From positions 1 through 64,000 of the forward strand of contig JAUCBJ010005083.1 in the NCBI GenBank assembly GCA_032718475.1: 64,000 bases of DNA, read 5' to 3'. Under the pieces are notes generated by a model. That model searched no databases. It saw only the letters and a list, made by a program, of their open reading frames with translations, and was not told the DNA's origin. This document shows, piece after piece, positions 23,651 to 35,513 of the stretch; position 1 is the stretch's first letter, and each line of letters opens with the position of its first letter. Source of the DNA: Nemertoderma westbladi (lineage: Eukaryota; Animalia; Xenacoelomorpha). Position numbers and translations under genes: made by a program.

Positions 23651-24547
23651 AGACACATAGAGGAGAACCACTGGAGAAGAGACGTGGGTTAATGTCCAGG
23701 GTCCATAATGAGAATAGTTTTCCCCGGGGCACGGGTGCTCGCGGGCGGTCTCCTTCGGGAGGCTGTAAATTTCTCTTCCTTCATCGTTTTCCTGTAATCA
23801 TTGTGATCAGTGTCACAATTAAAAGGCAAGAATGAATGATGACGTAACGGAAAACTTGTCCATTGTGGTATCTTATGGATACTACCCTATATCCTCTCCT
23901 CTTTACTCCCTTTATCCCTCTATACATCGCTATTGAAAATACAACATACTTCGTCCCACCTTCTCTTCCCAATGCGCTCGGAACTTTGGGAGACGATCGA
24001 CCAATCCTAGTTGTATCGTGGTATGGATCATACCGCCTCCTAATAAATCTCCCCACCCTTTACTGTTTATTTGGATGCTCATATTGGTGTCCGCACCTCT
24101 TGTCCATGTACCATTCTGTTGATATTTATGATATCAACTTCCACCCTCTCGTTGTTGATTAGAAAATCAACCATCAATAATTTCCTTAAGTCCACAACCG
24201 TGATACAAGGACTGAAAGGACACGCGGATGGTTTGTGAACAACTGGTACCATTATGTGTCATAAATCTGGTTGTTCACCTCCCTCAATGATTGGATATAT
24301 AAATCTTATGTAGAACAACTGAGACAAACATATCCTTGGACTGGTGTTTACCTCATCGCACTGGGGATAAATTCAGTTGGAGATAGTCCTCGAATGTTAC
24401 AATCCTCCTACTGAGATCGTATTTCTGAATATTTCAGAATGCGAAATAATTTTTCCTCTGCTCTCGATCATCCATGGCGGAGAACATATTAGGCATACAA
24501 CGGGAACATGGAGAACATTCCATACCCCTTCGTTGATACTCAGCTGA

Positions 24548-26008
24548 TTGCTCCTTGGGCAGAAGGCCGAGGTTTCTTCCGCACTACGTATGCCAATACA
24601 CCCAGCGGAATTACCAAAGTACAACGAACCTCCATCGGACATCTTGCCTTTCAAGAATACGGATGGAATTTCAAGGCGCTTTCTGACTCCGTTCCGTAAC
24701 GTTGATAGTCAGTTCAAGGACCGCGCTCTGACCAAACTCAGCCTGAGAGACTCAGCGGCGGAGAAGCTAAACAGCGCGGGATTTGCCCTTTTTCAGGACG
24801 TTTGTATACAGAACTTGCACTCATCTGTTATACAAAGACCCCGAATACCCACGGGTTATTCTGTCGTCGAAGTTCAGACAGTGGGTCAGCTTGCGGAGAC
24901 AGCCGCACCTACCTCAGCTATGCAATTGGAAGACGAACCAATATGCTTAGAAGCTGAAGCGATTCAGCCTACAGCGCCCCGGAGCAGCGATAACGACTAC
25001 GTCTTAGAGTGGTATCAAGGTCCACAATGTCTCACCGCATACGATTATCGACACGCTAACTATGTTTCTCGAAAACGTTGTCGATTATGCGCATCGAGAA
25101 ACCATTTCACTCCTATGGACTCAGACGTACCCTGTTCCTATTTCCACGAACAACCAATGATGGAGATATATTGTGCGTATTGCAGACTTAATAACTCTCA
25201 TATTTTTGCAGTCTGCCCCCAATTTATGACTCAATGCCACCACTGTCAACTTAAAGGACATGCCAGTTATAATTGCCCCTTTAATCACGATTTAGAGAGC
25301 GTAGATGAAATGATTACCCTGCGCTACATCCGAGCTTGGGAAGCTAACGCGGATTTACACTGTGAGTCCCGTCATCGATACTACCCTGAACGCTCTTACG
25401 AGGGAGTTTACGCGTTCCATCCTTATTTATTAGCATCTGTGGAACAAAAAACACGCATACCGAGTTACGAGCTAATGAAGCGTGTTGGTGAGTGTATTTC
25501 CACTAAATTTGTTAGAAGATACCTTAGGAACGTCAATCCTAACGATATTACTTCATACCATTTGATCAATTATATCCGTCAAGACCCTGAGTATGGCGAT
25601 TTATTTATCAACTCGCACCCTGAGTTACAGGAAGTATCTCGACGGCCCTACGAATATCGAGCCCGAGAACGCGAGCTGGAAAGAACTATTAAACCAAGGA
25701 AGTTTCTCACCACTCACGGTCCGCCTACCGCCATTGCCCAGACAACCCGTCAAGGACCCGTAGGAGCTGCTGTCCTGAGGCGCGCCGTAAAGGCTGTTAG
25801 ACCTCGCTCCACGGAAGTTGATATCGATCAACCAGGTACCTCGACCGGCGGATACACCGATCGCAATCCGAAACCTTCTGATGCAATTGTATTGCACCCT
25901 TCACCCAGGAGTTACAGCCCTCCTAGTAAAGTGGCTCGCCCCAAAGAGAAAAGGACTCTTACTAGCCTCAAAAAACTGCGTAAACGCCGTCTGCGTAAGA
26001 AAGACTAA
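24548..26008 (+). CDS. 3' accessory ORF (copy B) with three CCHC-type zinc knuckles and a basic C-terminal tail
   Basis: 486-codon open frame containing CRLCASRNH-x9-C, CAYC-x5-H-x4-C and CHHC-x4-H-x4-C. Ends KKLRKRRLRKKD. True start unknown. Confidence 0.7.
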   Translation: MLLGQKAEVSSALRMPIHPAELPKYNEPPSDILPFKNTDGISRRFLTPFRNVDSQFKDRALTKLSLRDSAAEKLNSAGFALFQDVCIQNLHSSVIQRPRIPTGYSVVEVQTVGQLAETAAPTSAMQLEDEPICLEAEAIQPTAPRSSDNDYVLEWYQGPQCLTAYDYRHANYVSRKRCRLCASRNHFTPMDSDVPCSYFHEQPMMEIYCAYCRLNNSHIFAVCPQFMTQCHHCQLKGHASYNCPFNHDLESVDEMITLRYIRAWEANADLHCESRHRYYPERSYEGVYAFHPYLLASVEQKTRIPSYELMKRVGECISTKFVRRYLRNVNPNDITSYHLINYIRQDPEYGDLFINSHPELQEVSRRPYEYRARERELERTIKPRKFLTTHGPPTAIAQTTRQGPVGAAVLRRAVKAVRPRSTEVDIDQPGTSTGGYTDRNPKPSDAIVLHPSPRSYSPPSKVARPKEKRTLTSLKKLRKRRLRKKD

Positions 26009-26078
26009 CTGTTTAGAGTATTTTTATATTTTAGAAACTGTGATTTGTTATATTTTATAGACTTAAATCCCATTTTCT

Positions 26079-26086
26079 GGGAGCGG
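26079..26086 (+). other. Polypurine tract GGGAGCGG (also 29640-29647 for copy A)
   Basis: Purine-rich run directly before both 3' LTRs, preceded by TTTTCT. Confidence 0.75.
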
Positions 26087-27249
26087 TGTAAAAGCTTTTG
26101 CGTAATTAACCGGTTATTTTCCCTTAAAGTACTCTGTAGTTGGTTTGCCAGGCATAAAAAGGCCGTGTCCTTGCTGTACTGGTGTTTTAGAGGACATAAA
26201 AGTCATTTCTTCTGTATTTGTACTTTAGAGGACATAATCCGCAATCTCGTGACGCGATAAGCTAGATACTCTTGAAAACAGTGTCGCTACCATGACGACG
26301 GCTAACAGCTGATATTGCCACGTCGACATTTCTTTGTTTCTTTGTTCTCTCGTTGTTCGGTTGACCAATCAGAGCGTTTTTTGTCTCTGTGTTGAAGGTG
26401 GATACAGAACTCAGTAGTTCAGTGTTATGTTTTTGTCCAGAGCCTAAGAACATCGGCTTTTGGCACCTCCGTATATCAGCATTCTTTAGCTTTACATTAG
26501 TAGGCTTAATTATAGAACGTATATCTGTTATCTAACCATACCAATGCAATTCGAGTTAACATACCATATCTATCCATAAATTACTAATATTACTGCTTTT
26601 ACTGTCGGTTATTCATTATATTGGTTGATGAAATATTATATTGGAATACTGATCAATAGTCAGATACCCCACCTTCTTGATATACTAAAGGTTAGAGAGA
26701 CCGGTTACAGATAAACGATTGCGACCTATGTTAAGTGGTTTGAAGTGAATCTAATGCTGTTTCATAGGCCCGACATAAATTGTATGTTGCTCTCTTCATA
26801 CGTGACTAAATTTAGTGAAGGTCGGCAGATTAGTGTGCAGTATTGTGCAGCATTGTGTATGATTGTAACTGATAACAAAGCATCTCCTAAAGAATGCGCC
26901 ATATACGTAAATCTATAGCCTTTTCGTTGTGTCTAGTTTAAGTCATAACTCTGTTTACATATTTAGAGCGCCACGTCCTAAAGGAACTGTTAATATTTCC
27001 CGAAAGTGAATAATATTTGTCAGAGTATATATATTACGATCAGTCGAATAATACGGTAGGCTTACACCATCAATCATTAAGTTCCGAATTGTGTCTCCCG
27101 GGTATATCCAGCGGGTGAATGATTGCGCATAGACTGGCTTCGGCTAATGTAGTGTATCAAATACTCGTCATAAGCTAAAGAATATATATCATCTAAAAGA
27201 CATCCTAATTTGGCAGGTTAAACTGTCAAAGGTCTTAAAAGCGCAAACA
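26087..27249 (+). repeat. 3' LTR of copy B
   Basis: Direct repeat of 10069-11231, followed by the TSD TAATA. Confidence 0.96.
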
Positions 27250-28049
27250 TAATAAAATTTACGGGAATAAATTTAAATTCAGATATTTCAATGAATTTAA
27301 TAAATTGTCATTTTATACAATTTATAACATTCCCAAAATTCCATTAATTAATAGATCATGGGAGCGGAGATTCACTCTATTAAGTGTATTTGTGTGCGAG
27401 AATCTCCAATATATAGTCAATAGCCGATAAAATTCATAAAATCATATATAGAGAGGATATTGACAATTAAAGAATTACTATTAAATAGCATCCCAGATCT
27501 GTATGCATGAGAATTACCCTAATTCTACCGCTAGCTTTCCATAATGTCACCATGGCAACAACCACGCTAGAATTAGAAGTGAGTTAAAAGAACAATAGAA
27601 GGCTTGCCCCATTGAATAGCATAGGGAATAAATAGCGCACTGCTAGTATCCAAGGATACATAATAAATAAAGTGACATTCTGGAAGGTACTGACTAACGG
27701 ACAAATGGCCCGAATGTGTACGGTTTATGGCAGTTGTGTTGAATTTGTGCGTTCATAGGTGAATGTTACTGCTAAAGTGTGTTTACAGTAGCTAGTCGCA
27801 ATTGTGAAAGTAACCCTAACTCTCCAGAAAGAACCTGAAGTACATCTAAGCCTTTGGGACGGACAGTGGAGTGACTTGTGCCGGTTATCGTTGTCGTTGT
27901 GTAGCTACATCGTTGGCGAAAGCACAGCGACGACGGTACATCGGCGCTGAGGATCTTGCACTGTCCGGGGGCAAAAGAGGGGTAGGCAGCGACGCCCGCT
28001 AGCCTAATATATAAACTCATTATAATATGGATAAACTTATATAGCAGAT

Positions 28050-29569
28050 ATGATTGAGTTGATAGAAGATCATCTTGGTATCAGGGAGCGATATACTCTA
28101 CCTTTGCAAGCGTTTGTTGATAGCTTGATATGCGGCGACGCTGGTCCAACTACTACGGAGGACGATGGTCATTATATCTAACCGCCAATGTCCCGGGAGC
28201 AACTTGCGCGTGGGTTGTACTGTAGAAAATTCACCGCTCGCTATACGCATCGTAATGGTACGTATATGGACTTCTTAACTACTGGTCATCCTATCGACCT
28301 ACACGATACGAACGATATAGACACCAAAAGGGAAATGGTTTTATTTAAATATCATACCCAGCGGAAGCGGAACGATAAACTGAGACTCGAACACGAAAAT
28401 TCTATTCGAAACCAACTCGAAAGTGCAGATGTTGAAGAGCCGGATAAACGCAGCGACTTCACCAAATACCTGGAATTCTTGAGAGAAACCTATCTCGATA
28501 TTACCAGTCAACAGAATCTAGAAACTCGATATCCTCAAGGTATACATCATGACCGCATGGTAGAACTCAAACGGCTCTATTCCACTATGATGTATCTTAC
28601 CGCCGATCGACCGCTACCTGTTGTACCGGATAGCTTCGAACGGATGGAGGAATATTGTAAGCTGGAGAAAGATCACTCGCGTTTCCCCTACAAGACGTGC
28701 GTTTTTGGTATTATTGCGATGAATGTCCAAGACCCAACCAACAAACGGAAAGACATAAACATCCGCGGAGACGTTGCTTTAAACACGGTTTTACTCGCTA
28801 TATTTACGGGAGTTTCGAGCGAAACTTGTTCGATGTATCACCTACGCTCGTTCGACTCAGACGATCCTTAAATAAACCAATGATCAGAGTTTCGGAATAC
28901 TCGATCAGATCTCCTCATTCCCTAGTGAGACCTCAGACTCTTGATCCTATTAGTATGACGGATCCTCCCGAGCTGTATTCACTGTTCAAAGATCTAGTGT
29001 TACCCTAACAATTAATCGGTAACACTCCGGCAGTGAGCTCTAGTTAGCCGCCCATCTTACCTAGCCGTATTGGGACGCGGACACCTAATATCGCCATTCA
29101 ACCGTATAGTCGTCCCAGTTTAACGCGATACAACCCTTCATCAAGGTGGAGGAGAGCGTTGTACGAAACGAGTTAAACGCTATTCTACAAAGATCAGAAA
29201 GGAAACCTGCGTTTGTTCAGATAAACGTAAGTTGTAATAGCAGGTCCAAGCGGTAAACAAAGTAACTTTATCTCAGTTCGATCGGGAAATCCAGAATCTC
29301 TAAGAAGTTATCGAACTTGGACGACCCTATTCTCTGCGAGAGTTTTTGGATGAACGTATCCAGCTACGAGCGGAGGAAAATCAGCTCGAGGAGAAGCATA
29401 TCGAAACGGCGGATACCCCGACCATAATCCTACACCTTCTGATGCAATCATATTGCACCCTTCACCCAGGATTTATAGCCCTCCTAGTAAAGTGGCTCCC
29501 CCCAAAGAGAAAAGGACTCTTGTTAGCCTCAAAAAACTGCGTAAACGCCGTCCTCGTAAGAAAGACTAA
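28050..29569 (+). pseudogene. Copy A 3' accessory ORF region (degenerate)
   Basis: Shares the N-terminus (MIELIED...NQLE) and the basic C-terminus with B but has a different middle segment. Several stops. Confidence 0.6.
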
Positions 29570-29647
29570 CTGTTTAGAGTATTTTTATATTTTAGAAACT
29601 GTGATTTGTTATATTTTATAGACTTAAATCCCATTTTCTGGGAGCGG

Positions 29648-30826
29648 TGTAAAGGCTTTTGCGTAATTAGCCGGTTATTTTCCCCGTAAAGTACTCTGTA
29701 GTTGGTTTAACAGGCATAAAAGGCCGTGTCCTTACTGTACTGTTGTTTTAGAGGACATAAAAGCCATTTCTTCTGTATGTGTACTTTAGCGGACATGATT
29801 AGCAATTCTATGACGCAATACGCCGGATCCTCTTGAAACAGTGTAGCTACCATGACGACGGCTAACAGCTGATATTGCCACGTGGAACATCTCTTTGTTC
29901 TTTGTTCCTCTCTTTGTTCGGTCGACCAATCAGAGCGTTTTTTGCCTCTGTGTTGGAGATTGTATATAGAAACTCGTGGAGTTGAGTCAGTATGTGATTT
30001 TGTCCACAGCCTACAACACCGGCGTGGAACCTCCGTGTTTCAGTCTTTAGCTCAACATTAGTAGGCTTAATTATAGAACGTATATCCGTTATCTTACATC
30101 ATACTCACTTAACATATCTCATACCAATTCTGCATTCATAACCATTCATACCTTAAACTTTGTACTGCTATTTACTGTCGGTTATTCATTATATTTGTTG
30201 ATGGAATATTATATTTGGAATACTGATAAACAATCAGACACCCCAATCTTCTTGATATACTAAAGGTTAGAGAGACCGGATACATATAACGATTGCGACT
30301 TACATTAAGTGGTTTGAAGTGAATCTAATGCTATTTTATAGGCCCTACACGTATTGTCTGTTGTTCTCCTTATATGTGACTAAAATTAGTGAAGGTCGGC
30401 AGATTAGTGTGCAGCATTGTGCAGTATTGTGTATGATCGTGATTGATAACGAAGCATCTCCTAAAGAATGCGCCATATACGTGAATCTATAGCCATCCCG
30501 TTGTGTCTAGTTTAAGTCATAACTCTGTTTATATATTTAGAGCGCCACGTCCTAAAGGAACTGTTAATATTTCCCGAAAGTGAATAATATTTGTCAGAGA
30601 TTATATATATTACGATCAGTCGAATAATACAGTAGGCCTACCCCGCAATACGGTTAGGCTCCCGAATCCAGTCTCCCGGGTATATCCAGCGGGTGAATGA
30701 TCGCGCATAGACTGGTTTCGGCTAATGTAGTGTATCAAATACTTGTCATAGGCTAAAGACTATCTATCATCTAAAAGACATCCAAATTTGGCAGGTTAAA
30801 CTGCTAAAGGTCTGAAAGCGCGAACA
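29648..30826 (+). repeat. 3' LTR of copy A (1179 bp)
   Basis: Direct repeat of 1144-2315 with clustered differences. Confidence 0.95.
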
Positions 30827-31387
30827 GGGGGAGGGGGGTCAGTTAGATAGGAGGAGGGGGGGTCAGTTAGATAGGAGAGGGGGGGTCAGTTAGATAGGGG
30901 GGGGGGGGTCAGTTAGATAGGGGGAGGGGTGTCAGTTAGATAGGGGGAGGGGGGGTCAGTTAGATAGGATGAGGGGGGTGAGTTAGATAGGAGAGGGGAG
31001 GGTCAGTTAGATAGGGGGATGGGCAGTCAGTTAGATAGGGGGAGGGGTGTCAGTTAGATAGGGGGGGGTCAGTTAGATAGAGGGAGGGGTGGTCAGTTAC
31101 ATAGGGGGAGGGGGGTCAGTTAGATAGGAGGAGGGGGGTCAGTTAGATAGGAGAGGGGGGGTCAGTTAGATAGGGGGGGTCAGTTAGATAGGGGGACGGA
31201 GGGTCAATTGCATAGGGGAGGGAGGTCAGTTAGATAGGTGGAGGGGGGTCAGTTAGATAGAGGGGTCAGTTAGATAGGAGAGGGGAGGGTCAGTTAGATA
31301 GGGGGAGGGGGGTTAGTTAGATAGGGGGAGAGGGGGTCAGTTAGATAGGGGGAGGGGGGGTCAGTTAGATAGGGTGGGGGGGGGGGG
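30827..31387. repeat. G-rich minisatellite, right part
   Basis: Same GTCAGTTAGATAG plus G-run unit as 1-1143. Confidence 0.97.
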
Positions 31388-32655
31388 CGTTCTATGGTCT
31401 TGCCAGTGCACCACCTCGTAGAGTCCCTCGCTGTTGGTAAGTAAGGGGCCATGGTCCCCATGATGGAGGCCGCCGCATTGCCGACCAGGATGGCGAAGGT
31501 CAGCCTCTGCAGGATGTAAGATCGAGGCTACTATGTTACAGAGTGGCCCCGACCCCCTTCAGGAATCGGATGTTTCAGGACCGGGGCGGCCCGGTCTCGT
31601 AGGCAACCGTTGGTGGAAAAGGTAGCCCCGGTCCATAAGTTCCTGGTACTTCCGGATTTTGGGGTTTTCTGCTTCCTCCGCCATGCGACCTCCAGCAGAT
31701 AGTGTCTGGGAGAAATGGCTGGGCGCGAGGGGATCTGCACCGTCGCATCCCATGAGAGGAACCGCCCAAGACTCCATGGGACCAGGGTGACGTCATCCAC
31801 TCGCTTCCCGCTCCCTCCATACCAACCTAAATGCTTAAGCATAGCGGGGATGCCACAGCTGGTGAGCAGCCGGCGAACAATGTCATTTAACATTGAGTGG
31901 CGCCGATGTCTGCCGAGGTTCCTTGTGTAGGAGGGGCCGTCCAACAGAACATCCTTGCCACACCGCGGCCACACCTGTGGGGCTCAGACAACTTGCACCC
32001 AAAACGAGTGCCGCCGACCTTGTTCTGGATCAGCGCGTCAGCTTCAGTCCCAGAGAGCTGATGGGGATGGCGTCGACCGTCGAGCCAGCAGCCTGCTGCG
32101 GGGTGGTCCAGGGAGTTTAACCACCCACCCCAGGTGGTGAAAGGGACTCCCACAGGACAGCAAGCCTGGCCTCGTGGACAGGGACCAGGTGTAGGCCCAC
32201 TCTTTGGTGGCAGAGGACGGGCAGGCGAAAGAATGGGTGTCTTCGGTCGACGTTGGAATTGCGGGCAGTAGCGTCGCAGATGTTGTCATCGCAGATTATA
32301 GCATTGCGAAATATGAACGGTAGCACTGTGGATCACGTTGGAGATCTCCTGCAGGGTGCTCCGCTGGATGGAGTCATACTCCTCCAACGGAAGTCGAAAC
32401 ATGGGGCCGTTTGGAGGAAGTATGTAAGTCGTGGGATGGGGAAGGAGCACCGCAGGAGGAAGAAGATGGGAGTCGAGAGTCCAGAGGTGCGCGAGTTTGT
32501 AATTGAGGCAGGAGACGACGGCATTGTCTCCTATGGGTGCGCCCAGAATCTTCAGGTCTTCCAGTGGACGCACCTAAGCCCATCGCAGACTTCGTCGAAT
32601 TTGCGTACAATGGATAAACGGATCTCCCGGGATTCCTCTCCAAGGAAGAAGAGTT
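31388..32655 (-). mobile_element. Degenerate, 5'-truncated non-LTR retrotransposon, CRE-like (restriction-like endonuclease type)
   Basis: Frameshifted peptides LKILGAPIG, RHRRHSMLNDIVRR, GKRVDDVTLVPWSLGRFLSWDATV and LQRLTFAILVGNAAASIMGT resemble the C-terminal half of CRE-clade proteins. GC-rich island. Confidence 0.75.
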
Positions 32656-33905
32656 AAGAATTGGATTAAACATTGTAATATATAATTATTTGCCTGTGAT
32701 ATTTGAAGTCGATTTAATTAACGCTGTGTCATAATGCTTGGCGGTAAATTAGGTCAATTGTAACAATAAATTTTATAATTCAGCAAAATCTGCCAAGATC
32801 TATACGGATCATGCTATGTGCTTGATTCATCTGCACTGATCATAATACATTGCAAATCTGCTACGATCATAGAATGATCATACAAAATCTTTTAAGAATT
32901 TACATATACAATATATTGAAAAAATGTGTATTTATTGAATGTATGGTTGTAATTTGTTAAATATCAAACCATTTTTACATTAAACATTATAATTATTGTC
33001 TTGGAAAGTAACAACATGGCTATTATATCTGCTACGATCAGACTACGATCAGGCCAGATAGGCAGAGGCCAATGATTTTTCATTTTTTTGCCGTATTTGA
33101 CCGACAAGAGTACTCTCTTTCACAGCGTTTTACATAAGATTACATATCATTCGAAGATCTTTTCAGATCTTATCATGATCATATCATGATAATATCAAGT
33201 TAGAAATTATCAATCAATAATTAATTATAAATTTTCAATTAATAGGTATAGAAACAAAGAAATTGATAACTCTACTTCAATATGAATTATCCAATATGGT
33301 GGCCACGTAGAGTAATTATATTAATTTATATGAATCTAATATAAATTTATTGATATTAATGGAAAGTTAAATTGGCTTATCTTAAAACCAAATTAAAATT
33401 TGTTTTGCTTAAATATAATACCATTACCACACAATAGATATACAGATAGGGACAATAGGAAATGTTAGGCAGTTAGGTGTGTAGGTGTTAGTTGTACAGT
33501 AGGATATGTAGGTAAGACATCCCCCACTGCCATAGTAACAATCCACAGTGCAAACAGAAGAATGCTTCAAATTGTGCTTAATTATTGATTGAGAACTATT
33601 AGGATCTTTGCAGAACTTTTTTATATATCATTAATTCTGCAAAGATCTACACTGACCTTAATAAAACTCCAGCCGTGGTCTTACTAATCCTGCAAAGATC
33701 TGCACTGATCTTTACCAACTCTGCTAAGATCATAGAGCAAAGGTGCCAAGATCTTACCAAGACATATAAAGATATTATGCTAAGATCAGTGCAGATTGGT
33801 GATGTTGCAAGTCTAGGGATTAACATATAGCTTACAGCCTGGCTACAGTTGTCTGGAAGTGATTTTACTTGAACTCTTTCGATTACGAATTTTTGTTTAT
33901 TCTAG

Positions 33906-34122
33906 GAGAGATTTCGAATACGTCAACGGAATCTCGAATAGTTTTTGGGGGTGGGGAGGAGAAGATGACGATTTCGCAATACGAGCAATATTGAAAAGAG
34001 GGTTGTTCATAGAACGAAGGCCACTCAATATATCCAAATACGTAATGTTGCCCCATAAGAAAACTACAATGGGCATAGATGATCTAAATGTGAGAAGGGA
34101 ATTCCTCAATACAGTTGGAAAG
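33906..34122 (+). CDS. Beta-1,4-galactosyltransferase family (GT7), penultimate exon
   Basis: VNGISNSFWGWGGEDDD signature; TTTATTCTAG acceptor and AAG|GTACG donor. Confidence 0.9.
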
Positions 34123-34367
34123 GTACGCCGACATACACAACTCACCTTTATTCAATTTATTTTAATTATCATGTTACTGTAGGCTGCTTTAAAGAAATTA
34201 AGAGCTAAATTATCTTAACAAAAAAACATTAGTTCCTTTACTGTCGCCTCTTTACCGATTCGTCTTTTATCCACATACAGTAGGACTATAGACTACGGTA
34301 CATGGTAATAAGTAAATCCTACGCACTTTATTTTCCTAAAAATACCGGTTTTTTCCTGCAAATACAT

Positions 34368-34625
34368 GGGTGTAAACGCTACGCCGACAACCGACAGCCG
34401 ACAACCACGGCCGACAACTAAACTGATGCTTAAAACTTAAAACTTGAAATATGAAAATATGAAAATGTAAACGGAGTTCCTGTCTCTCGTTTATTGTTTT
34501 GGTTAGAATAACCTTCTACTGTAACCTGTTCCTTTTCCTCAATTAATAAATAACATTAATTAGCTTTAATAATATTTGTCGGCGTTGGTTGTCGGTAGTC
34601 GGTTGTCGGCGTAGCGTTTACACCC
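34368..34625. mobile_element. MITE with ~40-bp TIRs and 9-bp TSD (Mutator-like)
   Basis: GGGTGTAAACGCTACGCCGACAACCGAC and its inverse; CAAATACAT on both flanks. Confidence 0.8.
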
Positions 34626-34682
34626 CAAATACATTGGCATATTGTCCTAAAAAATTACAAGTGTTTGTGTTCCTCTCTAATA

Positions 34683-35245
34683 AGTGTTTAAACGGGATCC
34701 CTATCCCGAAAAACCGCGATCCCGGCGAAAAATGCAATCCCGATCCCGAATTTGTTGGAACGGGATCCCGAACTATAAATTGTGAAGTGAATTTCTTGAA
34801 TATCTGATAAATAGTTGCAGCGGAACGGAAATGTTTTGATGATATCGAATTTCTATGTCAGTAAGCCATCCAATTGCAAAATAATTTTATTATAACTTTA
34901 TCTTACTGATTGTTTAGTGGTTAGCATACCTGAACGTTTATCGGGAGACGCGGGTTCGATCCCCGCTGGTGGCGAATTCATTTTTTCCGCTCCATTTGCT
35001 ATAGAGTTGGATCATCCTTAGTCCTGTTTAATTACTTAATAATTTATCTTACTAATATTTCAGAAGTGTAAGATAAGGAAAGGGAGTGTTACCCAAAACC
35101 CCCCACATCTACTATTAACTTTAGGGAAATTTAATACAAAATTGTAATCCTGCTCCCGAAAATCGGGATTCTGAGAGAGAGAGTGTGTGATAATCCCGGT
35201 AACAATCCCGGAAATCCTGAAAGGTTTGATCCTGTTTAAACACTA
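34683..35245. mobile_element. Probable hAT-like MITE
   Basis: TIR pair AGTGTTTAAAC(G/A)GGATC with subterminal GATCCCG repeats; TSD imperfect. Confidence 0.5.
34912..34990 (+). mobile_element. tRNA-derived SINE head or tRNA pseudogene fragment
   Basis: A-box-like TAGTGGTTAG and B-box GGTTCGATCCC with a T-arm stem; no complete acceptor stem. Confidence 0.6.
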
Positions 35246-35343
35246 CCCTCTACAACTAAGTGCTAATTACAATACGCACATGATAATCGTATCAGTTAGC
35301 AATCGTTTTATTTTTTTTTGTATTTATGCAAACTGGTACTATA

Positions 35344-35344
<1 letters not shown>

Positions 35345-35435
<91 letters not shown>

Positions 35436-35480
35436 CCACACACACACCCCCACACACCCCCACACACAACACACCCATCA
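35345..35480. repeat. (CA)n microsatellite
   Basis: Over 40 perfect CA units plus a degenerate tail. Confidence 0.98.
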
Positions 35481-35513
35481 CACACTATCACACCACATGT
35501 AGGCCTATTCTAT

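Larger units (their letters stand above)
10069..27249 (+). mobile_element. BEL/Pao LTR retrotransposon, inner copy B (17,181 bp), inserted in the 3' non-coding region of copy A
   Basis: Near-identical 1163-bp LTRs. TAATA TSD at 10064-10068 and 27250-27254. The homologous empty site inside B (~22451-22470) has a single TAATA. Confidence 0.96.
1144..30826 (+). mobile_element. BEL/Pao LTR retrotransposon, outer copy A (non-autonomous, about 12.5 kb without the nested insert)
   Basis: TG...CA LTRs at 1144-2315 and 29648-30826. GGGGG on both sides (1139-1143, 30827-30831) restores one satellite unit. Carries a gag-protease ORF with BEL-type triple zinc knuckle and ALLDSGS. Confidence 0.93.

Noticed and set aside
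23650-24547. env gene in the 3' region
   Set aside because: All frames I read contain several stops and I saw no recognisable fusion-protein features; left unassigned.
34912-34990. Functional tRNA gene
   Set aside because: The 5' acceptor stem is missing and it is embedded in repeat sequence.
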